Source: Mobula hypostoma
Taxonomy: Eukaryota
NCBI RefSeq assembly: GCF_963921235.1
Contig: NC_086115.1
Span: 12,896,001-12,960,000, forward strand
Direction: 5' to 3'
DNA length: 64,000 nucleotides
The notes under the pieces were generated by a model. The model was not told the origin of the DNA. It did no database searches and saw only the letters and a list, made by a program, of their open reading frames with translations. Below are positions 35,501-46,771 of this stretch, piece after piece (position 1 is the first letter of the stretch; every line of letters starts with the position of its first letter). The translations under genes and the position numbers were made by a program.

Positions 35501-38500
35501 TCCATTTTCTCCTATTTAGTCCCACTCCCCTGCCTTCTCACCATAACCTTTGATGCCCTGGCTACTCAGATACCTATCAATCTCTGCCTTAAATACACCC
35601 AATGACTTGGCCTCCACTGCTGCCCGTGGCAACAAATTCCATAGATTCATCACCCTCTGACTAAAAGAATTTCTTCGCATTTCTGTTCTGAAAGGGCGCC
35701 CTTCAATCCTTAAGTCATGCCCTCTCGTATTAGACTCCCCCATCATGGGAAACAACTTTGCCACATCCACTCTGTCCATGCCTTTTAACATTCGAAATGT
35801 TTCTATGAGGTCTCCCCTCATTCTTCTAAACTCCAAGGAATATGGTCCAAGAGCGGACAAATGTTCCTCATATGTTAACCCTCTCATTCCCGGAATCATT
35901 CTAGTGAATCTTCTCTGTACCCTCTCCAACGTCAGCACATCAGAATAACTGCAGAATAAAGTGTAAAAACTTTCGGAAGAGTGCATTGCAGGTAAACAGT
36001 AAAGTGCAAGATCATAACAGAGCAAGACTCCATGTTATCATGCAATAGGTCCATTCAAGGGTGTGACAACAGTAGGATGGAAGCTGTCCTTGAGCCTGCT
36101 GTTACATGCTTTTATGTTTTTATATCATGCCCAATGAAAGAGGGGAAAAGAGAGAATGTCCAGGATGGGTGCGGTCGTGACTTTACTGAGGCAGCAAGTA
36201 GTATAGACAGAGTCCATGGAGAGGACGGTCGTTTCTCTAACATGCTGAACTGTGCCCACAACTCTACAGTTTCTTGCGGTCACTTGCGGAGCAACTGCTA
36301 TATTGAGCCATTATGCATTCAGACAGAATGCTTTCTATGGTACATCAATAAAATTTGGTAAGATTCTAACCTGCTGTGTTATTCCAGTCCTCAGTTTTTT
36401 AGTGTCAGGTTAGGCTGCGTCATTGCTACTAGGGTGCAAAACCTTTTCTAGTGCTTGCTTGACTTGGGCAGATGTTTCAAAGGTGTGGAGCTGGATTCCT
36501 GAAGAGAACAAGCTAATTGAACAGAGACAAAACTGTAGGGCTGTGCTGATGACCCACTTAGTCCATTTAAAAGTATTCACAATATTCCCAAAATACAGTA
36601 TTCAATCAAGGCTATGTTGCAACCTTCCTTTGGCCTTGGAAGTTCCCTTACACCAGCATTATCTTGGACATTTACTTTTGGCAGAATTATAAGAATTACA
36701 TCAAAACATAAATACCAGAAATTCAAATTCAGGGCAACATCTGGGAATGTGTACTCAGTCAGGTATTGTAATGTGGTGGCATGGTAGTAATTAGCATAAT
36801 CGCTTTTATAGTGCCAGCGATCACTGATAGGGATTCTATCCCCACCACTGTACATAAGGAGTTTGTACGTTCTGCCTGTGACCGTGTACATTTCCTCCAG
36901 ATGCTCTGATTTCCTCCTGCGTTCCAAAGACATGGGTTAGAGTTAGTACATTGTGGGTGTGTTTTCTTGGTCATTGGCTGGATGTGTGGCAACAGTTGCA
37001 AGCTGCTCAGCATATTCCTAGGATGATGTTTATTGACACAGAGCAACACATTTTACTGAATGTTTTGACGTACATGTGACAAATAAAGCTAATCTTTATC
37101 ATCTCTCTTTAATGTTATTTATCACAGGCGAGAAGACATACGAGCAACAGAAAAGGACAAGGTATGCACCTTCCTTCAGTTCTTAAGTCTTTTTTTATTT
37201 TAGAGAGAATGGTAACAAACCCAACCCAACCCAATTATACTCGTGTCCAATTAATTTACTAAACCGTACGTCTTTGGAATGTTCTGGACAATGTTTATCA
37301 ACAACTAGTATCACTGGAGAACAGATTTATTTGTCATTTATCTCATTTAATTGTTGTGAATTCTGTGACAAATAAATTATCTGGCATATTTTCCAAAACT
37401 AACACCATTTACCATTTACTCGCTTAAGGCATTCCCAAGTGTCTACCCCTGTGTGTAAGGAGTTTGTGTTTTTCCCTGTGATCATGTGTGTTTCCTTGGG
37501 ACGTTCTAGTTTCCTTCCGCATTCTAAAGACGTATGGTTAAAGCTAGTGAGTTGTTAGCACGCTATGTTGATGCCGGAAGCATGGCGATACTCATGGGCT
37601 GTCTGCAGCCCAATCCTCGGACTGCGTAGGTCGTTGGTGAAAACTATGCCTTTCACTCTAAGTTTTGATGTGCATGTGACCAATAAAGCTAATCTCTATC
37701 TTTTAAGTGCTTATGTATCAGCAAGTTACTTTATCTTCTGTGAATCACAATAGGGTATCCTGATGATCTTAAACGTATTACTGTTGTTAGATTACTGAAA
37801 GATTTTCTGCTCCTTTCCTGCAGATCGAGGTCTACAAATGTTTCAGGCCTGGCGATATTGTTTTAGCAAAAGTGGTATCCTTTACAATTAAAATCCGATT
37901 AGAAACCCGTATTTTTCAGCCTTAACTATACCGGAGGACTTTGACCCCCACAGATCCCTCTGGTGAGAGGTTCCAAAGACATTCCACTCTGAGAGACAAA
38001 ATTCTTCTCCATCTCAGTCTTAAATAGGCACCTCCCTATTCCCTGACCATGCCCTCTGGTTCTGAACTCTCCCAGGTAAGCAAGCTCCTTCAAGTTTTAC
38101 CTTGTTAGGACCCTTAACTATCTTGCACTTCAATAAGATTGCTTGTTATTTTTCAAACTCCAACAAGTAGAATCCTTTTTATCTTTTTCTCGTAGGACAG
38201 TCCCTTGAGTCCTGAGATCATCTTTAGTATGGGAATCAAGGTTGTTTACAGTACTCTTAAATGTGGTCTTACTAGTCCCACTGAAGTTACAGAAAGGCTT
38301 TCCTACTTTTATACTCTGACCCCTTTGAAACTGGACATGAAGTTCCAATATCCTTCCCTAACGTTCTGCACATTAGCTGAAGTTTTGCTGCGGTTCTACA
38401 GTGCTGTGCTGTGTTGCCGTTGTAACTGACAGCTGAGTGATGTAACAACTCTAAGGCAATATTTAATGAAGATTAATTTTCCACTGACTTGGCTGATGTT

Positions 38501-41484
38501 CCTTCTTCATCCAATGGCTCTTACCAGCTCGCTGTTCCTCTGGTTTGCAGTGTGAAAACAGAGTTGTCAAGCTTTGCTTCGGCCATGTGCTTGCAATACA
38601 AAGGGTTGCATATGCTTAGTGTATGTTCAAGGTCTGCTGCTGCCATAGCCCATCCATTTCAAAGTTCAATGTGGTGTGCATTCAGAGATGCTCTTCCAGA
38701 CATCACTGCTGTAACATGGTTATTTTGAGTTACCGTTGCTTTCCTGTCAGCTTGAACCAGTCTGGCCATTCTCCTCTGACCCTTCTCATTAACAGGGCAT
38801 TTTTTGACCACAGAACTGCTGCTCACTGGACTTTTTGTTTTACACACTATTCTCTGTAAATACTAGAGACTGGTGCATGTGAAAATCTCAGATCATCAGT
38901 TTCTGAGATAAACCATCCCATATGACACCAAAAATTATTCCACATTCCCAAAATCACTCGGGTCACATTTCTTCTGCATCCTGATGTTTAGTCTGAACAA
39001 CACTGAACCTCTTGACCATGTCTGCATGCTTTTATGCATTGAATTGCTGCCACATGATTGGCTGATGAGATATTTGCATTAATGAACGTGTACAGATGTA
39101 CCTTATAAAGTGGCCACAGAATGTATAAAGTGATTGTGAACTAAAAAGGGACAGATTATATTGTTTTGTATCAAGTGCAATGTCTCCATTTAGAGAGTTC
39201 CAGGAAGTTCTTCATTCCCCACTGGTGAGCATGTTGAGTTGGGCACTAAGACATCCAGCACTGAACTCAGAAATAGAGACAAAAGTTCCCTTTTCGACTC
39301 AGTGACTTTTTCCTCAGGCACCCTGGCTCTAAGTCACTCGCTTTCCCCACTGGTAGGCATCAAATAAGATGGTGCCAATTATGAAGACTAAAGGGACTGT
39401 AGAAGCTGGAACCTGGAACAAAAAAGAGAACTCAGCAGGTCAGTCATCATCTGTGGATGAAAAAAGTGGGAATCAATGTTTCAGGTCAAGACCACATACC
39501 AGGATACAGGGCTTTGACTTAAGGAGTCTAGCTTGTACCTTTTCATCCACAGATTGGTATTGGTTTGGTTTATTGTTGTCACATGTACCAAAAGACAGTG
39601 AAAAGCTTGTCTAGCATACTGTTCATATTCATCAAACCATTTCCCAGTGCATTGACATTAAAGTTGCTGGTGTACGCCGCAGGCCAGGCAGCATCTATCG
39701 GAAGAGGTACAGTCGACGTTTCGGGCCGAGACCCTTCGTCGAGTGTGTTGCTTGAAATTCCGGCATCTGCAGATTTCCTCGTGTTTGTGTCCCAGTGCAT
39801 TGAGATAGAATAAGGTAAAACAACCACTGCAACTTATCCAGGTGCAGCGGCTCCAGATTTCCACTCACCATTCACTAACACTCCCTAGTCCGTGTCAGAA
39901 AGGACACACGTGGTTTGGGTTCCCACTTCCGTGCACAGGCAACAACATGTGGAAGGTCCAGCTCTGTTGTGATGGCCCTGCTGTTGAGCACCTCACCAAC
40001 GCCTGTTGTTAACACAAGAAAAAACATTTGCTCTGTCGTGACAACATTTAAATTGATTAGTGGGAGACAAGCTGTGCAGGAATCTGATGAGGGATAGGAG
40101 TTCCATAAACATATTCATTTTCATCCCCCCTCTCCCCCTCACACAAGGATTGAAATCAGCGAATGTGTTATTCACTGACTCATCGCTCTGAGGAGGAGCT
40201 GGCCCCCTTAATTTGGTACAACTGACTGTGGATTGTTATGTTGCTGTGGATCTGCAGTCACGCAGAGCCCACATGAATCGAGACAGCAGATTCCTGTGTA
40301 AGAGGACAGTGGTAAACCAGATGGGCTTTTACAACAGTCCAGTAGATGTTAAATTTAGAAATACAGCCCATCGAGCCAGCACTACCACATTACACCCATG
40401 TGACTATTTACCCTACCAAATTGTATGTCTTTAGAACATGGGAGGAAACCGTAGCACCCAGAGGAAACCCACATGGTAACAGGTAGAATGCAAAAACAGA
40501 CAGCAGCAGGAATTGAACCCAATCGCCAGCACTGTAACAGTGTTAGGGTACCGTGCTGTTCCAGTAGTTCTCCCTATAATTGACGCTAGCTTTTTACTGG
40601 AGAATCATTTTATTAGTTGGAGTTAAATTCTTCGGCTTCTCTGTGTCGTTGGATATTAACATGTCTCCAGATGGTAGGTCCAGTACCGTAAGCACTACTA
40701 TACCCTGCAACTTGAGTTGTTAGTCATCCGATAATTAAACTGTCAGATTTCCTATTTTGTCCTTAACATCTACTCCCAGATCTCCCTAGGTGACGCTCAG
40801 TCCAACTACCTGCTGACGACAGCAGAAAATGAGCTGGGAGTGGTTGTCGCACACAGCGAAGCAGGTGAGGATATCCTGGTGCTTTCTCACCTTCTGTACT
40901 TCCAGTGCTAGTCCTACAAACCTCATTACAGGCCAAGTTTGACAGGCAGGGCTGTGGTTTAATCGTGAACTGAAAATTATGCTTAATTAGACTGTGCTTT
41001 GAGGATGAGAGGTAACTTGATAGATGTGTATGTGATGAGAGGCATAGATAGAATAAACAGAGAGACTTTTTCGCAAGGCAGCAGTGACTAAAACCAAGGG
41101 GGATAATTTTAAGGTAATTGAAAGAAAGTATAGGGGGATGTCAGGTTTTTTTTCACAGTGTGGTGGGTACATGGAACACTCTGCCAGTGGTGATGGTAGA
41201 GGCAGATACATTAGGAACATTTACAAGACTTCACTAGACACATGAATGAAAACAAAATGGACGATTGAATGGAAAAATGAAATAGCCTCTGATCCGATAA
41301 ATGGAACAAAGGAGATTGAATGAGTTAGTTTACATTCCTGTTCCCATATTTTACAATAATATATTTCCTTTCCTTAGGTGCACAGATGGTCCCCATCAGC
41401 TGGTGTGAGATGCAGTGCCCCAAATCACATGGGAAAGAGTTCCGTAAAGTGGCTCGAGTGCAGCCTGAATTCCTGCACACCTGA
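26496..41484 (+). CDS. EXOSC1: Exosome complex component CSL4; join(26496-26523,27227-27342,29421-29495,34088-34176,37128-37161,37824-37874,40780-40864,41378-41484), 585 nt, 194 aa
   Basis: All introns are GT-AG with consistent phases; the spliced protein MAPVKLCIPGERLCS...GTYSRHGYIFASLAG...FRPGDIVLAKVISLGD...ENELGVV...KEFRKVARVQPEFLHT* is typical CSL4. Confidence 0.97.
26800..27180 (+). mobile_element. Unclassified interspersed repeat in EXOSC1 intron 1
   Basis: GC-rich; shares a core (ggtgccaa.c.gtatc...gtggagagggga..cttg..gcatggg.aac) with the SINEs at 16698 and 18390. Confidence 0.45.
27227..27342 (+). CDS. EXOSC1: EXOSC1 exon 2
   Basis: ttacag|GA-ERLCSIEDSTPGEGTYSRHGYIFASLAGYVMKRNDNGM|gtgggt. 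Confidence 0.93.
29421..29495 (+). CDS. EXOSC1: EXOSC1 exon 3
   Basis: ttgtag|VPVISVVRDSEPQLLPEVGVVVTCK|gtaagg. Confidence 0.95.
30126..31114 (-). mobile_element. 5'-truncated Penelope-like element (second subfamily) with 10-bp TSD
   Basis: RVPLVLTYHP...ILRNFRQLQQDP...C..C.TC linker plus GIY-YIG; hammerhead at 30252-30217 (G12>A); TSD CCCATTTCAA at 30116-30125 and 31115-31124. Confidence 0.88.
31190..32462. mobile_element. Non-autonomous Tigger-like element carrying a CR1 3' insertion
   Basis: TA|CAGTGGATTCTAGTTAATTGGG ... CCCAATTAACCAGAATCCACT termini; CR1 tail at about 31455-31790. A related end occurs near 58350-58371. Confidence 0.7.
34088..34176 (+). CDS. EXOSC1: EXOSC1 exon 4
   Basis: tgtcag|VTSINPRFAKVHILYVRSTPLKGAFKGTI-AG|gtaatg. 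Confidence 0.95.
35455..35940 (-). mobile_element. Young CR1-like LINE 3' fragment
   Basis: Open C-terminus LERVQRRFTRMIPG...RGDLIETFRMLKG...TRGH...FSQRV.NLWN.LP. Confidence 0.85.
37128..37161 (+). CDS. EXOSC1: EXOSC1 exon 5
   Basis: tcacag|G-REDIRATEKDK|gtatgc. Confidence 0.95.
37824..37874 (+). CDS. EXOSC1: EXOSC1 exon 6
   Basis: ctgcag|IEVYKCFRPGDIVLAKV|GTATCCTTT. Confidence 0.95.
38640..39124 (-). mobile_element. Tc1-like non-autonomous fragment
   Basis: EKGQRRMARLVQADRKATVTQ remnant; end ...TACCTTATAAAGTGGCCACAGAATG|TA; other end not found. Confidence 0.6.
39656..39789. mobile_element. Solo Penelope terminal unit with inverted 5' portion and 14-bp TSD
   Basis: TSD TCCCAGTGCATTGA at 39642-39655 and 39790-39803; 39656-39740 is in minus orientation and about 39743-39789 in plus orientation. 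Confidence 0.85.
40780..40864 (+). CDS. EXOSC1: EXOSC1 exon 7
   Basis: tcccag|ISLGDAQSNYLLTTAENELGVVVAHSEA-G|gtgagg. Confidence 0.95.
41378..41484 (+). CDS. EXOSC1: EXOSC1 exon 8 (coding part)
   Basis: ccttag|GT-AQMVPISWCEMQCPKSHGKEFRKVARVQPEFLHT*. Confidence 0.95.
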
Positions 41485-41700
41485 GACCAGACACCAACGT
41501 CACACTTTATTGCAGAGGAGTTTTCTAATGACTGCAGTTTGTATTCAGATGGCTTCAAAGGACAGATGATTCCTGGAGCCCAATATAAAACTGCAGAACT
41601 TAGCCCAGCTGGAAAATGATGCCAGGACACATACCATCTTCTACTATATGGCATCTTCTCAGGGTACTGAGTAAAGTTACAAATCTTATACTTTTTAAAC

Positions 41701-41710
41701 ATTAAATAAA
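41701..41710 (+). terminator. Probable EXOSC1 polyadenylation signal
   Basis: Overlapping ATTAAA/AATAAA about 220 nt after the stop, followed by T-rich sequence; a second AATAAA lies at 41830. Confidence 0.6.
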
Positions 41711-42472
41711 TTAATATTTTTCTTTACGACAGATCTTTAACTTTTTCAAATGTGTCATGTGCAAGTTACCTTTCACTGTCTACCTCTTACCGTATTTTGG
41801 CAAAGTTTTTGTCAGTGTCAATGAAAGAGAATAAAGCCAAGGCACATACTTGGACAGATCTTCACCACACTTGTATCTTGCACCACATTTGCTTGTCATG
41901 AACCTGATCAGGAGAAATATGGGAATCGAAGCTTTATCTCCCTTGCTGTTGACTGTAAAACATTTCAGGATATTTTGTGAATACAGTATCAAGCTGGGGA
42001 ATTGTTTGGGAGCTTTAAACTTTTCATCTGTTTTCCTTCAAACCTAATCCAAAATACATGTGCAGATGATCACAAATTCCATAACCTACAAACTCACTTT
42101 CAAGGACTCTATAACTCATGTTCTCGGTATTATTTATTTATGTATGCACATATTTGTCTTTTACAAATTGGTTGTCTATCACTTTGTTTTTGTTTAGTTT
42201 TCACAAAAATGTATTCTTTTTTTTTAATGCATGCAAGAAAATGAATCTCAAGGTCGTAACCTATGCTTACTTTGATAATAAATTTACTTTGAATTTGATG
42301 AGAGAGCAGAGCTTCTAATGAGCAAGCCATTAATAGATTCATTGTGTGCATTTGACAGGTTCAGTTGCCTAGTATATTAAATTGGTAAATGGGTTTCTTA
42401 TTGTCATATGTACTGAGGTACAGTGAACATCTTGTCTTGCATACTCTTCATACAAATCAAACTATTGCAACA

Positions 42473-43295
42473 GCTGAGAAGTGGCAGATGGAGTTCAACC
42501 CAGATAAGTGCGAGGTGGTTCATTTTGGACGTAAAATATGATGACAGAGTATAGTATTAATGGTAAGACACTTGGCAGTGTGGAGGATCAGAGGGAACTT
42601 AGGGTCCGAGTCCATAGGACACTCAAAGCTGCTATGCAGGTTGACTCTGTGGTTAAGAAGTCATACAGTGCATTGGCCTTCATCAATCATGGGATTGAGT
42701 TTAGGAGCCAAGAGGTGATGTTTCAGCTATATAGGACCCCGGTCAGACCCCACTTGGAGTACTGTGCTCAGTTCTGGTCACTTCACTACAGGAAGGATGT
42801 GAAAGCCATAGAAAGGATGCAGAGGAGATTTACAAGGATGTTGCCTGGATTGGGGAGCATGCCTTATGAGAATAGGTTGAGTGAACTCGGCCTTTTCTCC
42901 TTGGAGCGACGGAGGATGAGAGGTGACCTGATAGAGGTGTATAAGTTGATGAGGGGCATTGATCGTGTGGAATCTCAGGGGCTTTTTCCCAGGGCTGAAA
43001 TGGCTGACACGAAAGGGCACAGTTTTAAGGTGTTTGGAAGTAGGAACAGAGGAGATGTCAGGGGTAAGTTGTGGTTTTTTATGCAGAGAGTGGTGAGTGC
43101 GTGGAATGGGCTGCTGGCAATGATGGTGGAGGTGGATACAAAGGGTCTTTTAAGAGACTCCTAGACAGGTATATGGAGCTCAGAAATACAGAGGGCTATG
43201 GGTAACCCTAGGTAATTTCTCAGGTAAGGACATGTTTGGCACAGCTTTGTGGGCCGAAGGGCCTGTATTGTGCTGTAGGTTTTCGATGTTTCTAA
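42473..43295 (+). mobile_element. CR1-like LINE 3' fragment
   Basis: ORF 42538-43164 (RPHLEYCAQFWS...QRRFTRMLPG...RGDLIEVYK) and the family tail ...gtattgtgctgtaggtttt. Confidence 0.9.
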
Positions 43296-43299
43296 CAGT

Positions 43300-43840
43300 G
43301 CACTGAGGCAGAAGAATGATAAACGATAACTGAGTGCAGTTGGAAGTTACAGAGAGGGTGCTGTGCAGGTAGACATAACACAAGGACACAATGGGGTTTG
43401 TGAGGTCAAGTTTCCATTGTATATAAGAGAAACAACAGAAGGATAGAAGCTGCCCTTGACAATGCCAGTATGTGATTTCAAGCTTCTGTATCATCTGCCT
43501 GACGGGAGAGGAGAGAAGAGAATGTCTCGCATCAGTGGTGTCTTTAAGTTGGCTGCTATACTGAGGCAGCAGGGTGTGTAGACAGACCATGGAGGGGAGG
43601 CTGTTTTCCTTGGTAGGCTGAGTTGTGTCCACAATTCTCTGCAATTTCTTGTGGTCCTGTGCCAAGCAGTTGCCACGCCAGTCTGTGATGCATCCAGGTA
43701 GAATGCTTTCTATGGTGTATCTGTCAAAATGGGTAAGGGTCGACGGGGGCATGCCAAATTCCTTTTGCCTTCTGAGGAAGTAGATGTGCCGATGAGGTTC
43801 CTTGGCTGTATCGTCAACGTGGTTGGTGATGTTCTGTCTA
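43300..43840 (-). mobile_element. Degenerate Rex1-like LINE fragment
   Basis: YFLRR.K.FG...TIESIL.GCIT.W.GNC..QDHKKLQR motif. Confidence 0.7.
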
Positions 43841-44786
43841 TAGTGGTTCAATTAAGCCCAAGGAATGGACTGTTGACCCAGAAAAAGTGGTTTGAACAGC
43901 AGGGAGTATAAATTAATTAAATCTGAAATAACAAGCTACTCCTTGTCATGGTGTTCATGAAAATACCAGATTGTGGTAAAAATCCACTAATGCTCTTCAA
44001 GGAGGGAAATCTGTGGATCTTATGAGATCTGGGAACCTAGCAAATTGCTACTTTCAAGAGTTAGCGTCACTTCCATTTACCTTGGTGATCTGATCTGAGT
44101 GCCAGATTGTTGGCTGACATTGTGCTATAACAACATGGAAGGGATATGATTAAAGAATCAGAATCAGGTTTATTATCACCAGCATGTGTCATGAAATTTG
44201 TCAACTTAGCAGCAACAGTTCAATGCAATACATAATACAGAAGAAGAAAAACATAATAATACATAAGTAAATCAATTACAGTATACATATATTGAATAGA
44301 TTTTAAATTGTGCAAAAAAAAACCGAATAATATATCTTAAAAAAGTGAGGTAGTGTTCACGGGTTCAATGTCCATTCAGGAATCGGATGGCAGAGGGGAA
44401 GAAGCTGTTCCTGAATCGCTGAGTGTGTGCCTTCAGACTTCTGTACCCCCCACCTGATGGTAACAGTGAGAAAAGGAAAGGGCAGGTCCTGAGGTGCTGG
44501 AGATCCTTAATAGTGGACGCTGCCTTTCTGAGACACCGCTCCTTGAAGATGTCCTGGGTACTTTGTATGCTAGTACCCAAGATGGAGCCAACTAAATTTA
44601 CAACCCTCTGCAGCTTCTTTCGGTCCTGTGCAGTAGCTTCCCCGGCCCCATACCACACAGTGATGCAGCCTGTGAGAATGCTCTCCACGGTAATCTACAG
44701 AAGTTTTTGTTGACATACCAAGTCTCTTCAAACTTATAATGAAGTATAGTTACTGTCTTCCTTTATAACTGCATTGATATGTTGGG

Positions 44787-45768
44787 CAAACACAAGGAAA
44801 TCTGCAGATGCTGTAATTTCAAGCAACACACATCAAAGTTGCTGGTGAATGCAGCAGGCCAGGCGGCATCTCTAGGAAGAGGTACAGTCGACGTTTCGGG
44901 CCGAGACCCTTCGTCAGGACTAACTGAAGGAAGAGTTAGTAAGAGATTTGAAAGTGGGAGGGGGAGGGTGAGATCTGAAATGATAGGAGAAGACAGGAGC
45001 GGGAGGGATAGAGCCGAGAGCTGGACAGGTGATTGGCAAAAGGGATATGAGAGGATCATGGGACAGGAGGCCTGGGGAGAACAAAAGGGGGAGGGGGGAA
45101 GCCCAGAAGATGGGCAAGGGGTATAGTGAGAGGGACAGAGGGAGAAAAAGGAGAGAGAGAAAAAGAATGTGTGTATATAAATAAATAATGGATGGGGTAT
45201 GAGGGGGAGGTGGGGCATTAGCAGAAGTTTGAGAAGTCAATATTCATGCCATCAGGTTGGAGGCTACCCAGACGGAATATAAGGTGTTGTTCCTCCAACC
45301 TGAGTGTGGCTTCATCTTTACAGTAGAGGAAGCCATGGATAGACATATCAGAATGGGAATGGGACGTGGAATTAAAATGTGTAGCCACTGGGAGATCAGC
45401 TAATGCCCCATCTCCCCCTCGTACTCCATCTGTTATTTTCCTTTTTCTCCCCCTGTCCCCCTCACTATACCCCTTGCCCATCTTCTGGGCTTTCCCCCTC
45501 CCCCTTTCTTTCTCCCTAGGCCTCCTGTCCCATGATCCTTTCATATCCCTTTTACCAATCAACTGTCCAGCTCTTGGCTCCATCTGTCCCCCTCCTGTCT
45601 TCTCCTATCATTTCGTATCTCCCTTCCCCCTCCCACTTTCAAATCTCTTACTAGCTCTTCTTTCAGTTAGTCCTGACAAAGGGTCTCGGCCTGAAACATT
45701 GACTCTACCTCTTCCTAGAGATGCTGCCTGGCCTGCTGCGTTCACCAGCAACTTTGATGTGTGTTGCT
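44787..45768. mobile_element. Penelope-like insertion with inverted terminal-repeat pair
   Basis: 44787-45397 minus (terminal repeat plus GIY-YIG C-terminus), then 45399-45768 a plus-strand copy of the terminal repeat. Confidence 0.88.
44886..44921 (-). ncRNA. Minimal hammerhead ribozyme motif (consensus-like copy)
   Basis: AGTC CTGACGA A GGGTCTCGGCCC GAA ACGTC GACT. Confidence 0.78.
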
Positions 45769-46771
45769 CGATTTGTTGGGACCAGGTTAGATCTTCAGAG
45801 ATCTTGACACCCAAGAATGTGTAACTGCTCACACTCTCCACTTCTGATCCCTCTATGAGGATTGGTATGTGTTCCTTCGTCTTGCCCTTCCTGAAGTCCA
45901 CGATCAGCTCTTTCATCTTACTGACATTGAGTGCAAGGTTGTTGCTGCAACACCACTCCACTAGCTGGTATATCTCGCTCCTGTACGCCCTCTCGTCTGC
46001 ATCTGAGATTCTACCAACAATGGTTGTATCATCAGCAACTTTATAAGATAGTATTTGAGTTTTGCCTAGCCACACAGTCATGGGTATGGAGAGAATAGAG
46101 CAGTGGGCTAAACACATATGCCTGAGGTGCACCAGTGTTGATCGTCAGCGAGGAGGAGATGTTATCACCAATCTGCACAGATTGTGGTCTTCCGGTTAGG
46201 AAGTCAAGGATCCAATTGCAGAGGGAGGTACAGAGGCCCAGGTTCTGTAACTTCTCAATCAGGATTGTGGGAATGATGGTGTTAAATGCTGAGCTATAGT
46301 TGACGAACAGCATCCTGACATAGGTCTTGTTTCAAGTGTACTGGAATGTGTACACTACCACACTTACTGACACATCTAGCTACCAACTCTCACTGTGATA
46401 CAGTTATTGTGACATTGTCCCTTGCTGGAACACAGTTCTTGTACTGACACTTACAAAACTGATTCCAATGGCTCCAATTTCAACCACACCCCACACTGCA
46501 ACATTCAAGAGGCCACATATAAAATGGACTCTTCAGGAAGATATCTCCCCAGCAAATAATTTTAACATATCTAAGGACAACCTCCCGTCTTGCCAATGAT
46601 TAGAACTGGGCACAGTAGTCAAGGAGGAAGGTTTTGAACTATCTGATGTCGACTTGGCCTTTTATTTTTAAGTAGACTAATAATGCATCAGTGAACTATT
46701 CTGCAGAATCAGAATCGGGCTTAATATCACTGGCATATGTCGTGAAATTTGTTTTGCAGCAATAATACATT

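Larger units (their letters stand above)
37875..40779 (+). other. U12-type (minor spliceosome) GT-AG intron 6 of EXOSC1
   Basis: 5' splice site GTATCCTTT; branch site TCCTTAAC at 40760-40767, ending 12 nt before the intron end. Confidence 0.92.
44155..46325 (-). mobile_element. Rex1-like LINE interrupted by a Penelope insertion
   Basis: RT motifs ([26 protein letters not shown]) at 45769-46325; C-terminus and (gattct)n tail at 44155-44786. Confidence 0.8.

Noticed and set aside
42538-43164. 208-aa ORF as a host gene
   Set aside because: It is the C-terminal part of a CR1 ORF2 with the family 3' tail; other copies occur in the window.
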